From NCBI GenBank assembly GCA_017467445.1, contig JAFTSG010000014.1, positions 19,198 to 83,197 on the forward strand: 64,000 nt of DNA, given 5' to 3'. The notes beneath the pieces are model-generated. The model saw nothing but the letters and a program-made list of their open reading frames with translations. It was not told the origin of the DNA and searched no databases. Each line of letters starts with the position of its first letter. The first letter of the stretch is position 1. The translations under genes and the position numbers were made by a program. The stretch comes from Clostridia bacterium. Lineage in GTDB: Bacteria; Bacillota; Clostridia; RUG12999. Below are positions 43,415-54,672 of this stretch, in pieces.

Positions 43415-44419
43415 TTGGAAACTAAAGTTATATTTTCGAATGATTCGGCAGGACTTAAGGCCGCCGGCGAAATAATAAAGAACGGCGGTCTTGTGGTATT
43501 TCCTACCGAAACGGTATACGGAATAGGTGCCGACGGGCTTAACGAAATTGCAATAAAAAACATTTATATTGCAAAAGGTCGTCCGTCTGACAATCCGCTG
43601 ATACTTCATACAAACAGTATTGAAAAAGCCGAAAAAATCGGCTACATAAACTCAATTGCAAAAAAGATTTTTGAAACCTTTTCACCCGGTCCCGTAACGG
43701 TTGTTGTGAAAAAAAAGGATATTGTCCCCCTTGCCGCAACAGGCGGGCTTGATACAGTTGCAATCCGTATTCCGTCGTCCGAAACCGCGCGCGCTCTTAT
43801 TGAATATTCGGGTGCATATATTGCAGCACCAAGTGCCAATATTTCGGGACGTCCAAGCCCCACAACAGCAGCGCACGTTATTGAAGATTTAAGCGGCAGA
43901 GTTGATATGATTATTGACGGTGGCGATGCCGATATCGGTATTGAATCCACAGTTATTGATACAACCGGCGAAAATCCCGTTATTTTACGTCCCGGTAAAA
44001 TAACACTGCCTGATTTGCAAAAACTTTTTCCGGATGCAACAGCCGAAAAGCATATGAAAGAAAATACCGAAGGGTATAAACCCAAAAGCCCCGGTATGAA
44101 ATATAAGCATTATGCACCGAAAGCAAAGGTTATTGTTTTTGAGGGTGACGCGGAATTGAAAATAAAAGCTGAGCTTGAAACCATACAAAAGAACGGCAAA
44201 AAAGCAGCTGTTTTCTGCCGCGCATCTTCAAAGTATTCCGCTGATTTTGCAGTAAAATGGCAGGACAGTGCCGATATGGCAAGACTTTTATTCTCTACTC
44301 TTCGCGAGTTTGATAAAATGGGCGCAGACGTAATTTTGTGCGAAGCGCCCGATAACGATGCCATGGGCGAAAGTGTTCGAAACAGATTATATAAATCTGC
44401 CGGCTATGATATAAGATAA
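43415..44419 (+). CDS. L-threonylcarbamoyladenylate synthase (Sua5/YwlC type, TsaC domain plus Sua5 C-domain)
   Basis: GGLVVFPTETVYGIGAD, KGRPSDNPLILH and SANISGRPSPT. TTG start after GAGGTGA. Confidence 0.9.
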   Translation: METKVIFSNDSAGLKAAGEIIKNGGLVVFPTETVYGIGADGLNEIAIKNIYIAKGRPSDNPLILHTNSIEKAEKIGYINSIAKKIFETFSPGPVTVVVKKKDIVPLAATGGLDTVAIRIPSSETARALIEYSGAYIAAPSANISGRPSPTTAAHVIEDLSGRVDMIIDGGDADIGIESTVIDTTGENPVILRPGKITLPDLQKLFPDATAEKHMKENTEGYKPKSPGMKYKHYAPKAKVIVFEGDAELKIKAELETIQKNGKKAAVFCRASSKYSADFAVKWQDSADMARLLFSTLREFDKMGADVILCEAPDNDAMGESVRNRLYKSAGYDIR

Positions 44420-44470
44420 AACATTTAAAAAGTATCCGTTGTTATGCGTATAGCGGCGGATACTTTTCTT

Positions 44471-45034
44471 TTACTTTTTCTCTATCATAACCGCAATCGG
44501 CGGGCAGTTCGGTCTGTTGACATAATCAAGAACAAGCACTGTATATGATTTATAATCAATGGTTTTTATCCATTCCATAAGCGCGTTTTTTTCTTCAAAA
44601 CCGGAATCGCCGCCGTAATATACTCCAATTGAAATAAGTCCGCCCGGCGAGAGCAGTTTCATAGACTGCTCAATTGCCTTGACAGTGGTTTCAAATTTTG
44701 TTGCAATACTGTGGTCGCCGCCGGGAAGATAACCAAGGTTGAACATAACGGCATTTACGTGGTTATCAACATACTTTTCAATATTATGATGTCCGTCATT
44801 TATAAGAACAGCTCTTTCTCTTACGCCTTCTTTTTCAAGAAGAGCTGCCGTGTTTTCAAGTGCCTGATTTTGTATGTCAAATGCAAAAACTTTTCCTGTT
44901 TCTCCCACAAGATTTGCAAGAAAAAGTGTGTCGTGACCGTTTCCCATTGTGGCGTCAATAACAGTATTCCCTTCCGACACGGCTTTTTTTATATATTCAT
45001 GTGTTATTTTTAATGTGCTGTCAGGTATAATCAT
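44471..45034 (-). CDS. Class I SAM-dependent methyltransferase, YtqB/MnmM-like
   Basis: VIDATMGNGHDTLFLA...VFAFDIQ...GNLGYLPGGDH pattern. The ATG at 45034 follows GAAAGGAAA. Confidence 0.7.
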   Translation of the reverse strand: MIIPDSTLKITHEYIKKAVSEGNTVIDATMGNGHDTLFLANLVGETGKVFAFDIQNQALENTAALLEKEGVRERAVLINDGHHNIEKYVDNHVNAVMFNLGYLPGGDHSIATKFETTVKAIEQSMKLLSPGGLISIGVYYGGDSGFEEKNALMEWIKTIDYKSYTVLVLDYVNRPNCPPIAVMIEKK

Positions 45035-45114
45035 AAAATTTCCTTTCAAAAAAATTAATTTTAAAAATGAATAAAAAACAAAAAACTGCTCACAATATAG
45101 TTCGGGTGATGAAA

Positions 45115-45282
45115 ATGAGCAATAACAACAATAACAATAACAAAGCTCAGGATAAAAGAAACGATCAGACAAACAACAGAAACAATCAGTCATCAAACAG
45201 CAGAAACGAACAGTCTAATAACAACAGCAACAACAGAAACGAACAGTCTAACAACAACAGCAGAAACAACGACTGTAAATAA
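45115..45282 (+). CDS. Asn-rich low-complexity small protein (55 aa)
   Basis: Open frame with a GGGTGA SD-like element, 25 Asn in 55 residues, and an internal 27-nt repeat. A strong terminator follows at 45335-45369. Whether it is expressed is unproven. Confidence 0.4.
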   Translation: MSNNNNNNNKAQDKRNDQTNNRNNQSSNSRNEQSNNNSNNRNEQSNNNSRNNDCK

Positions 45283-45334
45283 ATGTTTATCTGACCTTTT
45301 ATGACAAAAAACAATTTGTCATAGTCCCATATTT

Positions 45335-45369
45335 AAAAAGCGTAAGGCTTTTAAAGCCTTACGCTTTTT
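45335..45369. terminator. Bidirectional terminator (Asn-rich ORF / SLH protein gene)
   Basis: aaaaaGCGTAAGGCTTttaaAGCCTTACGCttttt. Confidence 0.8.
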
Positions 45370-45379
45370 CTTTGTTTAA

Positions 45380-46936
45380 TTAGTCAAGAAGTCCTTCGAT
45401 ATCAAGTTTGTAAAGATTGTAAAGAATCTGCGCTGCTTCAGCACGATTAATTTCATCTTTCGGTCTGAATGTTCCGTCCGGATTACCCTGAACAATACCC
45501 ATTCTTGTTAGATATGCAATGTACGGAACTGCATATGCTTCTGTATCATCAGCATCTTTGTACATGCTTATATCTGTATCTGTAGGAGCATCAATGTGTC
45601 CCATTGTTACGAGTGAACGAACAATAAGAGCAGCCATTTCTTCTCTTAAAATGATACGTTCCGGTTCGTAAAGTGTATTGTCTTCATTTACACCAAGAAG
45701 TACGCCATGGTCTTTACCGATACGGCAAGCATCTCTGTAGTAATCTACTTCAATGTCATCAAATTCTTCTGTTGCATCGGATTCAAGACCGAATATACGA
45801 ACCATAAGAAGTGCAACGTCACCACGTTTTACGCCCATATCCGGTGCGTATGTTGTATCTGTAACACCTTTTACTATATCTTTATATGCAAGGTAGTTGA
45901 TTGCTGTTTCTGCCCATTCGTATCCGCCAAGGTCAGTAAATTTATCAAAATCCGCCGGTGCTGTAGGAACACCCGGTTTTATTTCTTCTGTCCACTTAGC
46001 AAATAATGTTATATTTTTTGTGATTGCTGTATTAAAATCAAACGGCATTGTAAATTCAGCATCTGTATACCATTCGTCAAATACGTAACCTTCTTTTGTT
46101 ACTTCAGGAGCTGTAAGTTTATCTCCGCGTTTTACTTTAACCGGAGCAACTTCGCTGCCGCCATTTGTGTTGAATGTTACTGTATATGATGACGGTGCTG
46201 AGCTGCCGCCCGGTGTAGGAGCAACATATGCTGTGTAAACAGTATTATGTGTATCTGTTCCTGAGTAATTAACTTTGAAAGTTCCAGGTGCATAAGATGA
46301 AAATGCTATATCTGTATAACCTTCAAGTGTTACTGTTACAGGATATGTTCCTGCAGATGCATAGGAAACAACATCATTAAGTGTAAATGTTATATCAGCA
46401 AGCAGTGTGTCCACATTATCAGCAAGTGTTCCTACTGTATGTGTGCCTGAGAAACTGATTTTCAACTTATTTGCTTCCGGTTCTGTTCTTGAAACCTCAG
46501 TAAATGCTGCACCTGAAGTTAATGCGCCGGTTGTGTTTGCTGTAATCGGTAGCGCAAAGGATGCGCCTGCTGGATATGCAATAATAACGTCAACTGCTGT
46601 TGTAGCTGTTGCTCCTCTAAATTCTCCACGTGCTACTGCATTGTCACCAAATGCTGCTCTAATTGTGTTTGCACTGAAAAGCTGTCTTATCGGGCCCATA
46701 TTAAGAGTTGTTTTATAATCAACACCTTCTGCTCCTGAGCTTATTATTGCCAAATCTTCCGCAGCATATGTACCGCTTCCATTTCTTCCTGCAGCAACTT
46801 CCACTGTAAGAGAAAGTGGCAACGGATTTGTATATCCACCTGCATCAATGTAGTCACTGACCGGTGCCGCTGAAACCGCTGTAAACATTGATAAAACCAT
46901 CATCAATGCCAATACAATGCTTATGATTTTTTTCAT
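45380..46936 (-). CDS. Secreted cell-wall protein with a Listeria-Bacteroides (Flg_new) repeat and three C-terminal SLH domains
   Basis: Signal peptide, YTVTFNTNGGSEVAPVKVKRGDKLTAPEVTKEGYVFDEWYTD, and three SLH-like segments (FTDLGGYEWAETAINYL..., ...GNPDGTFRPKDEINRAEAAQIL). Confidence 0.85.
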   Translation of the reverse strand: MKKIISIVLALMMVLSMFTAVSAAPVSDYIDAGGYTNPLPLSLTVEVAAGRNGSGTYAAEDLAIISSGAEGVDYKTTLNMGPIRQLFSANTIRAAFGDNAVARGEFRGATATTAVDVIIAYPAGASFALPITANTTGALTSGAAFTEVSRTEPEANKLKISFSGTHTVGTLADNVDTLLADITFTLNDVVSYASAGTYPVTVTLEGYTDIAFSSYAPGTFKVNYSGTDTHNTVYTAYVAPTPGGSSAPSSYTVTFNTNGGSEVAPVKVKRGDKLTAPEVTKEGYVFDEWYTDAEFTMPFDFNTAITKNITLFAKWTEEIKPGVPTAPADFDKFTDLGGYEWAETAINYLAYKDIVKGVTDTTYAPDMGVKRGDVALLMVRIFGLESDATEEFDDIEVDYYRDACRIGKDHGVLLGVNEDNTLYEPERIILREEMAALIVRSLVTMGHIDAPTDTDISMYKDADDTEAYAVPYIAYLTRMGIVQGNPDGTFRPKDEINRAEAAQILYNLYKLDIEGLLD

Positions 46937-47013
46937 TATCGATCACTCCTTGTATAACTTTACATGTAATTAAATACATTATATCACATTAATTTTTTCT
47001 TGGCAATAGCATT

Positions 47014-47547
47014 TTAATTTTTTCTTAAATATGGTCTAATTTCATCGGCATATTTATATGCAATTTGCATACATTCGCTTAGCTGTGCAGAGGTAAGTCT
47101 GCTTCTTGCAATACTCATAAGCTCGCTTTTTGTTGCCGAATCAATCCCTTTTGCCACCATTGCTGAATAATGACTTATTTCCTGTGCGCTGAAATTTGAT
47201 AAGATGATTGCAATAACACGTTCTCTATCGCTATAACTCACCATTGTGCTCATTTTTGATATAAGTGCCGAATCTTTCATAACCTCTTTTATAACTTCTT
47301 TTTCACTCATTTCTTCAGGAGGTTTCAGTTCATCTTCATTCTCTTCAGGTGGAGAAGTTTCTTCAGGAGATGTTGTTTCCGTACCGGAAACCGTTTCGGC
47401 AGAGTTTGCAATGCCTGCTATTCCCTTTTCAAAAATTCTGTCAAACGCATAATTAACAACGTAATATTTACCTATAAAAAATCCTGCAACCACAAGAATA
47501 ACCAATGCTATAGCTGTAATGATAAGAATTTTTGTACGTTTTTTCAC
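47014..47547 (-). CDS. Membrane-anchored hypothetical protein
   Basis: N-terminal TM, an acidic Pro/Glu linker and a helical C-domain. It overlaps the cca stop by 4 nt. Confidence 0.55.
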   Translation of the reverse strand: MKKRTKILIITAIALVILVVAGFFIGKYYVVNYAFDRIFEKGIAGIANSAETVSGTETTSPEETSPPEENEDELKPPEEMSEKEVIKEVMKDSALISKMSTMVSYSDRERVIAIILSNFSAQEISHYSAMVAKGIDSATKSELMSIARSRLTSAQLSECMQIAYKYADEIRPYLRKN

Positions 47548-48689
47548 TCCGCAAAATCCTCCTCAATCAATTTAATCAATTTTTCTTTTGTATTCATCCC
47601 CGGATTTTCCCACACTTTTTCTAGAAGATGTAAAAGAATCTGCCCCGTCTTTTTGCCGGTTATTCCCATTTCCATAATGTCTGTTCCGTTGATTTTCAGA
47701 TCGCGAATAAAAATCGGATGTTTTTCCGAAAATATCTTTTCAAGCTCCGTTTTATATTTTATGCTGTTTATATAAACAAGTAATTCTGCATTTTTAATGC
47801 CGTTTTTATTTATGTACCTTTTAATTTCAATCGGAGTTTCAATGCCTATTCCCACAATAAGACTTTCCGTTGTTTTGATAATTTCATTAGAAAACCGAAG
47901 TTCCTTCAGGAACTCTGCCGCACCTCCGCCATTCATTATTACAGCAAACCGAAGTGGTGCTATTTTCGGCAAGTTCGCAAGTTTTTTAAACGTCAAAAAA
48001 TCAATTGCTTTGCTATTTTCAGCAAGGTATTTTATAAGCCCCGTTTCCTGCCAAAGCTTTGCGTTTTCAGGAAAATCCCCTAGCACGGTCTTTTCAAACT
48101 CCACCGCTATCCTTTCCTTGCTTATGCTTGACGCAAGATGCGCATTTTTCTTTATCGCATCAAGGGTTTTCTGCTCAATTTCAAATCCAAGCACCGCCGC
48201 AAATCTTACCGCGCGCACCATCCGGAGCGCATCTTCCGCAAATCTGCTGTCCGGTTCTCCTACACAGCGGATTACCTTGCTTTCAACATCTTTTTGTCCG
48301 CCAAAATTATCGACAATCCCTTTTGACGGATTATATGCAATTGCGTTTACGGTAAAATCACGCCTGCACAAATCCTCTCCGATATCCGAAACAAACTCAA
48401 CCCCGTCGGGATGTCGAAAGTCCTTGTACCCTTTCTCGCATCTGTATGTAGTAACCTCTGCCAAAATTCCGTTTTCGGCAACTGTTACCGTCCCGTGGTT
48501 AATTCCCGTAGGATAGGTTTTTTCAAATATATGTATAACCTCTTCCGGCGAGGCACTTGTAGTAATATCAATATCTCCGGGGTGTTTCCCCATAAGCACA
48601 TCGCGTACACAGCCGCCCACAAAATACGCCTCGAACCCCGACTTTTCAAGCTTTTCAATTATTTCAAGTCCTGCAGGCGATATTATCAT
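47544..48689 (-). CDS. cca: CCA-adding tRNA nucleotidyltransferase (poly A polymerase family)
   Basis: YFVGGCVRDVLMGKHPGDIDITT and RDFTVNA motifs. Confidence 0.9.
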   Translation of the reverse strand: MIISPAGLEIIEKLEKSGFEAYFVGGCVRDVLMGKHPGDIDITTSASPEEVIHIFEKTYPTGINHGTVTVAENGILAEVTTYRCEKGYKDFRHPDGVEFVSDIGEDLCRRDFTVNAIAYNPSKGIVDNFGGQKDVESKVIRCVGEPDSRFAEDALRMVRAVRFAAVLGFEIEQKTLDAIKKNAHLASSISKERIAVEFEKTVLGDFPENAKLWQETGLIKYLAENSKAIDFLTFKKLANLPKIAPLRFAVIMNGGGAAEFLKELRFSNEIIKTTESLIVGIGIETPIEIKRYINKNGIKNAELLVYINSIKYKTELEKIFSEKHPIFIRDLKINGTDIMEMGITGKKTGQILLHLLEKVWENPGMNTKEKLIKLIEEDFAE

Positions 48690-49795
48690 TTCTGTTTCTT
48701 TCCCTTTCCTGACGACAGTATGAAATTTCCCAAATCAGAAACTGCGCCGGGTTTTGCCACACGCGAAAGCGCCGTCAGAAGCTCCTGTCTTCTTATGTCA
48801 TTATTGTAAAAAATATTGATTGCACTGCCAAGTCCGTAAAGATTCCACACATAAAGTGCAACTCCATTATTCACAAGAAATTCAACGTTTCTGTCTTCGT
48901 GTCCCGGAATAGGGTCGACCAGAATCATCGGCAGGTTTTTTACCATACTTTCCGTAACCGAAAGGCCACCCGGTTTTGTTATAATACAATCTGCCGCATC
49001 CATAAACTCATCAACATTATTGATAAATCCGTATGCGTGGAATTTATGTTTAAGGTTTTTGGCAAGAATCATTTCTTTTGCTTTTGAATTGTTACCGCAG
49101 ACAACCGCAACTTCAAAATCAATATCACATCCGTCAATCTCATCAATTATGGTGTCAATATTGCCATATCCCATGCTGCCCATCATAACAAAAATTACTT
49201 TTTCTTTGGTAAATCCCAGTTTTTTTCTGGCAGTAGATTTATCACATTTTACGGTAAATTTTTTATCCGTAGGAATGCCGAAAGGAAGTAGTTTTTCTTT
49301 TGCTATGCCCTTTTTCTGTGCAATATACGAAAGGCTTTCGTCCGCCGTTACATAATAGTCAATGTCTGTTGTTTCCCACTTTGGATGAAGTGTATAGTCC
49401 GTAACTATGCCTATATTAACAGTATCAACACTGTCTTTAAGTAAAGTCATAATCTGCGCAGAAAAAATATGCGTGCATACAACAACATCTATATCATATT
49501 TAATAATAAACTTTTTAAATTTATTTTTGATAACTTTATTAACTTTAGACATAGTATCAACAAATTTTGTTTTACCCATATCCTCTTTATCATAATACTT
49601 ACCGTAAAGTTTCGGGGTTTTACCCGAAGCAAACAAATAAATATCTGAAACCGCTTTGCTTAAAAACGGTTTGATGTAGCCATATATATCTAAAAAATAT
49701 GTGTTTGCGCCGTTTTCTTTAAGATATTCTTCAAGCGCACGGGCACAACTTGTATGGCCGCGACCGGTAGATACCGTCAAAAACAATACGTTCAT
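48686..49795 (-). CDS. MGDG-synthase/GT28-type glycosyltransferase (UgtP-like diacylglycerol glycosyltransferase)
   Basis: VLFLTVSTGRGHTSCARAL at the N-terminus and ITKPGGLSVTESM at the C-terminus. Confidence 0.8.
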   Translation of the reverse strand: MNVLFLTVSTGRGHTSCARALEEYLKENGANTYFLDIYGYIKPFLSKAVSDIYLFASGKTPKLYGKYYDKEDMGKTKFVDTMSKVNKVIKNKFKKFIIKYDIDVVVCTHIFSAQIMTLLKDSVDTVNIGIVTDYTLHPKWETTDIDYYVTADESLSYIAQKKGIAKEKLLPFGIPTDKKFTVKCDKSTARKKLGFTKEKVIFVMMGSMGYGNIDTIIDEIDGCDIDFEVAVVCGNNSKAKEMILAKNLKHKFHAYGFINNVDEFMDAADCIITKPGGLSVTESMVKNLPMILVDPIPGHEDRNVEFLVNNGVALYVWNLYGLGSAINIFYNNDIRRQELLTALSRVAKPGAVSDLGNFILSSGKGKKQK

Positions 49796-49905
49796 ATCTT
49801 TTGCTCCTTTTAAGCTTTTATCTGCGTGATGACAACTATCTAATTTTATTATATCATATATTTATGTAAAATAAAACTGTTTTTTAGGACAAATTTTCTC
49901 AAAAG

Positions 49906-49936
49906 AAAAACCGCCGTTTCCGGCGGTTATTTTTTA
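49906..49936 (-). terminator. Intrinsic terminator after pgi
   Basis: Minus strand AACCGCCGgaaaCGGCGGTTtttctttt. Confidence 0.7.
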
Positions 49937-51292
49937 CATTAAATCTGCAAGTTCTTTTTCAAGATTTGCTTTATATTCCTTATCAGAGCCCGGTTTGTCA
50001 AGAAGTGCAAACATATTTTTCTTATATGCTTCAACACCCGGCTGGTCAAACGGATTTACGCCAAGAATGTATCCGCTTATTCCGCAGGCTTTTTTAAAGA
50101 AATAAATCATTTTACCGAAGTTATATGCATCAAGCTTTGGGATGTTAAGAATGATGTTCGGCACTCCGCCGCCGGTATGTGCAGCAAGTGTTCCGAGGAA
50201 TGCTTTTTTGTTTACTGCATCAAGAGTTTTTCCTGCAAGAAAATTAAGTCCGTCAATATCTTCGTCAATTGCCTTGATTTCAAGGTCACGTTCCGGTGCT
50301 TTTACATTCAGTACAGTTTCAAATATATTTCTTCTTCCCTGCTGGATGTACTGACCCATTGAATGGAGATCTGTTGAAAAATCAACCGCAGCCGGGAAAA
50401 TACCTTTATTATCTTTACCTTCACTTTCACCGTAAAGCTGTTTAAACCATTCGGAGAAATAATGAAGGTTCGGTTCGTAGTTAACCATTATTTCTGTTGT
50501 TTTACCTTTATTGTAAAGGATGTTCCTTACTGCCGCATATTTGTAGCAGTCGTTATCCTTTGAAAGTGGCTTGTATTCATTATATGCGTCAAGCCCACCC
50601 TTAAGCATTGCATCTGTATCAATACCTGCTACCGCAATTGGCAAAAGACCAACCGCTGTAAATATACTGAATCTGCCGCCCACATCATCGGGAACAACAA
50701 AGGTTTTCATACCGCAGGAATCTGCAAGACCTTTAAGTGCACCTTTTTTTCTGTCAGTTGTTACATATATTCTTGATGCAGCTTCCTTTGTACCGTATTT
50801 TTCTTCAAGAAGGCCTTTAAGTACACGGAACGCAATTGCCGGTTCAGTTGTTGTTCCGGATTTTGAAATTACATTAATGGAAAAATCTTTATCTTTAAGA
50901 AGTTGTGCTAAATCTGCAAGATATGCCGAAGAAATTGAGTTTCCTGCAAAGAAAATCTGTGGCACCTTTCTGTCTTCTTTGTTTTGAATATTGAAAAAAT
51001 TATTGTTAAGTGCTTCAACTGCCGCTCTTGCCCCAAGGTATGAGCCGCCTATACCGATAACAACAAGAGCATCGGAATCGCTCTGTATTTTTTCTGCTGC
51101 TTTTTTAATTTCAGCATATTCCTCTTTATCATAGCTTTCCGGAAGGTCAAGCCAGCCCAAAAAGTCATTACCAGCACCCGTTTTATTGTGGAGTGTATTA
51201 TGTGCCGCCTCAACAGCATACCATATTTTATCAACCTCTTCCGAGCTTACCGCTCTTGAGTAATCAAGTTTAAGATTATCCACTGATATCAT
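49934..51292 (-). CDS. pgi: Glucose-6-phosphate isomerase
   Basis: [23 protein letters not shown] and ESEGK motifs. Confidence 0.95.
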   Translation of the reverse strand: MISVDNLKLDYSRAVSSEEVDKIWYAVEAAHNTLHNKTGAGNDFLGWLDLPESYDKEEYAEIKKAAEKIQSDSDALVVIGIGGSYLGARAAVEALNNNFFNIQNKEDRKVPQIFFAGNSISSAYLADLAQLLKDKDFSINVISKSGTTTEPAIAFRVLKGLLEEKYGTKEAASRIYVTTDRKKGALKGLADSCGMKTFVVPDDVGGRFSIFTAVGLLPIAVAGIDTDAMLKGGLDAYNEYKPLSKDNDCYKYAAVRNILYNKGKTTEIMVNYEPNLHYFSEWFKQLYGESEGKDNKGIFPAAVDFSTDLHSMGQYIQQGRRNIFETVLNVKAPERDLEIKAIDEDIDGLNFLAGKTLDAVNKKAFLGTLAAHTGGGVPNIILNIPKLDAYNFGKMIYFFKKACGISGYILGVNPFDQPGVEAYKKNMFALLDKPGSDKEYKANLEKELADLM

Positions 51293-51300
51293 CCTTTCAA

Positions 51301-53400
51301 TTATACTTTAAATAACATTTCAGCATATGTAGGAATCGGCCAGTATTTTTTACCCACAACAGTTTCAAGTTCATCGGCTATTTTACGGACATTTTCCATT
51401 GCCGGAAGAACATATTCTTTAAATGCTCCTGCTTTAACAAAGTATTCTCCTGCCACAGATGCTTTTTCTCTTGCAGCTTCGAGTTTTTCAATGGCATCAC
51501 AAAGAGCATCCACTCCCTCCGATGTTTTTGCAAGCAGTTTTTTGGTTGCATTTGTTTTTACTCCTGCCCTTTTTTCTGCCACCACTGTTTCCGCAAGGAA
51601 TTTATTGAATTTTATGACAGCCGGAAGAATTTCCTGTTTTGCCATATCAATCATTGTAAGCGCTTCAATATTGATAACCTTTACATAGTTTTCAATAAGA
51701 ATTTCGCATCTTGCCTCTACCTCACCGTGAGAAAGAATGTTATGCCTTTTGAAAAGCTGAATATTTTTATCGTCAAGAAACGCCGGAAGAATATCTATTG
51801 TGGATTTCGAACTTACAAGTCCGCGTTTTTTTGCTTCCTCTTCCCATTCTTTTGAATAATTATTACCGTTAAATATTATACGCTTATGTTTTGTAACTAT
51901 GTCTTTAATTATATTTTTAATTTCGGCATCTTTATCAGTTGCCTCTTCAAGTCTGTCCGCAATATACATAATTGCATCGGCAACTATTGTATTGAACATA
52001 TAGTTTGGACACGCAATTGATGAGGATGAGCCTACCATACGGAACTCAAATTTATTTGCGGTAAATGCAAGCGGCGATGTTCTGTTTCTGTCAGTAGTAT
52101 CTTTTTTGAATGTTGGAAGCGTTGAAACTCCTGTCTGCATTCTTCCCGTACCATATTCGCCGGGTTTTACTCCTGTTTCATATTCTTCAAGAATTTCTGT
52201 AAGAAGTTCGCCAAGGTATATTGAAACAATTGCCGGCGGAGCCTCGTGTCCGCCAAGTCGTCTGTCGTTGCTCGGTGTGGAAATTGAAAGCAGCAGCAAA
52301 TCCGAATATTCGTCAACCGCTTTTAAAACCGCACATAAGAACAGTAAAAACTGATAATTTTCACGCGGGTTTTTGCCCGGATTCATAAGGTTTTCGCCAT
52401 CGTCTGTACTTATTGACCAGTTGTTGTGCTTACCGCTTCCGTTAACTCCGTCAAACGGTTTTTCGTGGAGCAGGCATACAAGGTTATGTTTTGCCGCAAC
52501 TGACTGCATAATTTCCATTGTAAGCTGGTTATGGTCTGTTGCAATATTTGCAGAATCGTACACCGGCGCAAGCTCATGCTGTGCAGGTGCAGCCTCGTTA
52601 TGTTTTGTTTTTGCGGAAACCCCAAGTTTCCAAAGCTCTTCATCAAGGTCTTTCATATATGAAGACACACTTGCATGAAGTTTTGCGTAATAATGGTCTT
52701 CCATTTCCTGACCTTTGGGCGGTTTTGCCCCAAAAAGTGTACGGCCTGTAAAAATAAGGTCCTTACGTTTTTTATAAATTTCCTTATCAACAAGAAAATA
52801 TTCCTGTTCAGGACCAACATTTGGTTTTACACTTGTTGCCGTTGTGTTTCCAAGCAGTTTAAGAAGACGCATTGCCTGTATATTAAGCGCTTCAATTGAA
52901 CGCAGAAGCGGTGTTTTTTTATCAAGTGCTTCTCCTGTATACGAACAGAAAACTGTCGGTATATAAAGCGAACCATCTTTAACAAAAGCCGGTGATGTAC
53001 AATCCCACGCAGTATATCCCCTTGCTTCAAATGTTGCGCGAAGACCGCCCGACGGGAATGACGATGCATCCGATTCCCCTTTAAGAAGCTCTTTACCGGA
53101 AAATTCCATAATTACTTTCCCTTCTCCTACGGGGGAAACGAAAGAATCATGTTTTTCAGCAGTAACCCCTGTCATTGGCTGAAACCAATGAGTAAAATGA
53201 GTTGCGCCCTTTTCAATTGCCCAGTCTTTCATTGCTCCGGCAACCGCCTCTGCAATCATCGGATCAAGAGAAAGTGAGTTTGATATTGTATTTTTAAGCG
53301 AGCTGTATATAGGGGCAGGAAGTCTCTTTTTCATTTCCGCATCGTTAAATACGTTAATTCCGTAAATATCAAGCGGAGTAGTCGGATTTATATTTTCCAT
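51301..53400 (-). CDS. glnN: Glutamine synthetase type III
   Basis: 699 aa with the GSIII-specific N-domain and catalytic core ([16 protein letters not shown]). The stop lies 8 nt upstream of pgi. Confidence 0.93.
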   Translation of the reverse strand: MENINPTTPLDIYGINVFNDAEMKKRLPAPIYSSLKNTISNSLSLDPMIAEAVAGAMKDWAIEKGATHFTHWFQPMTGVTAEKHDSFVSPVGEGKVIMEFSGKELLKGESDASSFPSGGLRATFEARGYTAWDCTSPAFVKDGSLYIPTVFCSYTGEALDKKTPLLRSIEALNIQAMRLLKLLGNTTATSVKPNVGPEQEYFLVDKEIYKKRKDLIFTGRTLFGAKPPKGQEMEDHYYAKLHASVSSYMKDLDEELWKLGVSAKTKHNEAAPAQHELAPVYDSANIATDHNQLTMEIMQSVAAKHNLVCLLHEKPFDGVNGSGKHNNWSISTDDGENLMNPGKNPRENYQFLLFLCAVLKAVDEYSDLLLLSISTPSNDRRLGGHEAPPAIVSIYLGELLTEILEEYETGVKPGEYGTGRMQTGVSTLPTFKKDTTDRNRTSPLAFTANKFEFRMVGSSSSIACPNYMFNTIVADAIMYIADRLEEATDKDAEIKNIIKDIVTKHKRIIFNGNNYSKEWEEEAKKRGLVSSKSTIDILPAFLDDKNIQLFKRHNILSHGEVEARCEILIENYVKVINIEALTMIDMAKQEILPAVIKFNKFLAETVVAEKRAGVKTNATKKLLAKTSEGVDALCDAIEKLEAAREKASVAGEYFVKAGAFKEYVLPAMENVRKIADELETVVGKKYWPIPTYAEMLFKV

Positions 53401-53473
53401 ATATCTTATCAGCCTTTCATCGTATTTTTAAACACTTATATCATTATACCAAAAAATATTTTCTCTGGCAATA

Positions 53474-54595
53474 TTAATTTAAAAAATATGCTTTATTCAC
53501 CAAATATTTTTCATCTACTGTTTCATTTATCATCTCATTTATACGATTGTACGAGAATGAACTGTCATAATTTTTACATCCGTGAAGCCCCGCAAGATAT
53601 TCGGTATAGTCGTCCCATGCATATACTTTTGAACCTTTAAATCTGTCGCCATAATGGGTTATGAGCGGCATAAAAGCCACCTGTGAAAGATATGCATTTC
53701 CCGGCACGCCTTTAAATTCCGCCATAAGCATACCTCCAAGCATTGTTTCGGTTTCTACCTGCGAGGAAATAAAATTACCGAGCGAATATGCAACTGTCAT
53801 CATTCTGCCGTCTGCCCTTACAATCTCTTCAACCGGCTGAATAACATGCGGATGATGCCCTATCAGCAAATCCGCATTACAGCTTGCCACAAGAGCGGCA
53901 AGACGTTTTTGTTCGTCATTCGGTTTCATCTGATATTCGTTGCCCCAGTGCATATTTACAATAACAATATCAGCCGCTGCTCTTGCTCTTAAAATATGCT
54001 CTGTAATAAGCGCATCTTCAGTATGACATACGTTAATTCCTTTACCCTCGGGAACTCTTATTCCGTTTGTACCATATGTAAAAGAAACAAGACCGAATTT
54101 AAGTCCGTTTTTTTCAATTATCTTAACCGGGTCCTCCCCGTCTTTGTAAACACCAAGTACAGGGATATTATTTGCCGCCCAGAAATCAAGCGAGTTTATA
54201 ACCCCTTTTGACCCCGCATCCATAATATGATTTGTTGCGTGATTTACCACATTAAAACCAAGGTTTATCATATCTCTGCCAAGTTCCTTGGGAGAGTTGA
54301 AACACGGATACGATGAAATCCCCAATTCCACCCCTCCGATTGGTGTTTCCTGATTTAATATGTTTATATCTCCCTTTATGTAATAGGCAATATTGGCATA
54401 AGCCGGCGCAAAATCGTAACTGCCATCGGCAAGAAGCGCCTGATCATAAATAGGTGCATGGATAAGGTTGTCCCCAACCGCTGTAAGCGTTACCGCAGTT
54501 TCAACCGGTATCGGCGGAACCTCCTCCTGTTTTTTACACGATGCAAGCGAAATTGCCATTGCCAGACAAATCATCAAAGAAATAGTTTTTTTCAA
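53474..54595 (-). CDS. CapA/PGA_cap-family metallophosphatase lipoprotein
   Basis: TTG start gives M(L)KKTISLMICLAMAISLASC (lipobox). Also GDNLIH, NHATNH, MHWGNEY and GHHPHV metallophosphatase motifs. Confidence 0.85.
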   Translation of the reverse strand: MKKTISLMICLAMAISLASCKKQEEVPPIPVETAVTLTAVGDNLIHAPIYDQALLADGSYDFAPAYANIAYYIKGDINILNQETPIGGVELGISSYPCFNSPKELGRDMINLGFNVVNHATNHIMDAGSKGVINSLDFWAANNIPVLGVYKDGEDPVKIIEKNGLKFGLVSFTYGTNGIRVPEGKGINVCHTEDALITEHILRARAAADIVIVNMHWGNEYQMKPNDEQKRLAALVASCNADLLIGHHPHVIQPVEEIVRADGRMMTVAYSLGNFISSQVETETMLGGMLMAEFKGVPGNAYLSQVAFMPLITHYGDRFKGSKVYAWDDYTEYLAGLHGCKNYDSSFSYNRINEMINETVDEKYLVNKAYFLN

Positions 54596-54672
54596 GATAC
54601 ATACGCCCCCTTTTATGACTAAATAGTACCATATTATTAAAATAAAGTCAACTTCTCGCGAAAATAAATCGG

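Noticed and set aside
45035-45196. A Cys/Tyr-rich N-terminal extension (CYCYCCYC...) of the methyltransferase ORF.
   Set aside because: It is simply the reverse frame of the AAC/AAT repeat of the Asn-rich ORF. The ATG at 45034 has a proper SD and yields a normal-length methyltransferase.
47797-48516. A 239-aa plus-strand ORF antisense to cca, with two shorter overlapping ORFs.
   Set aside because: It is a low-complexity Ser/Pro-rich mirror frame inside a well-supported gene, with no translation signals.
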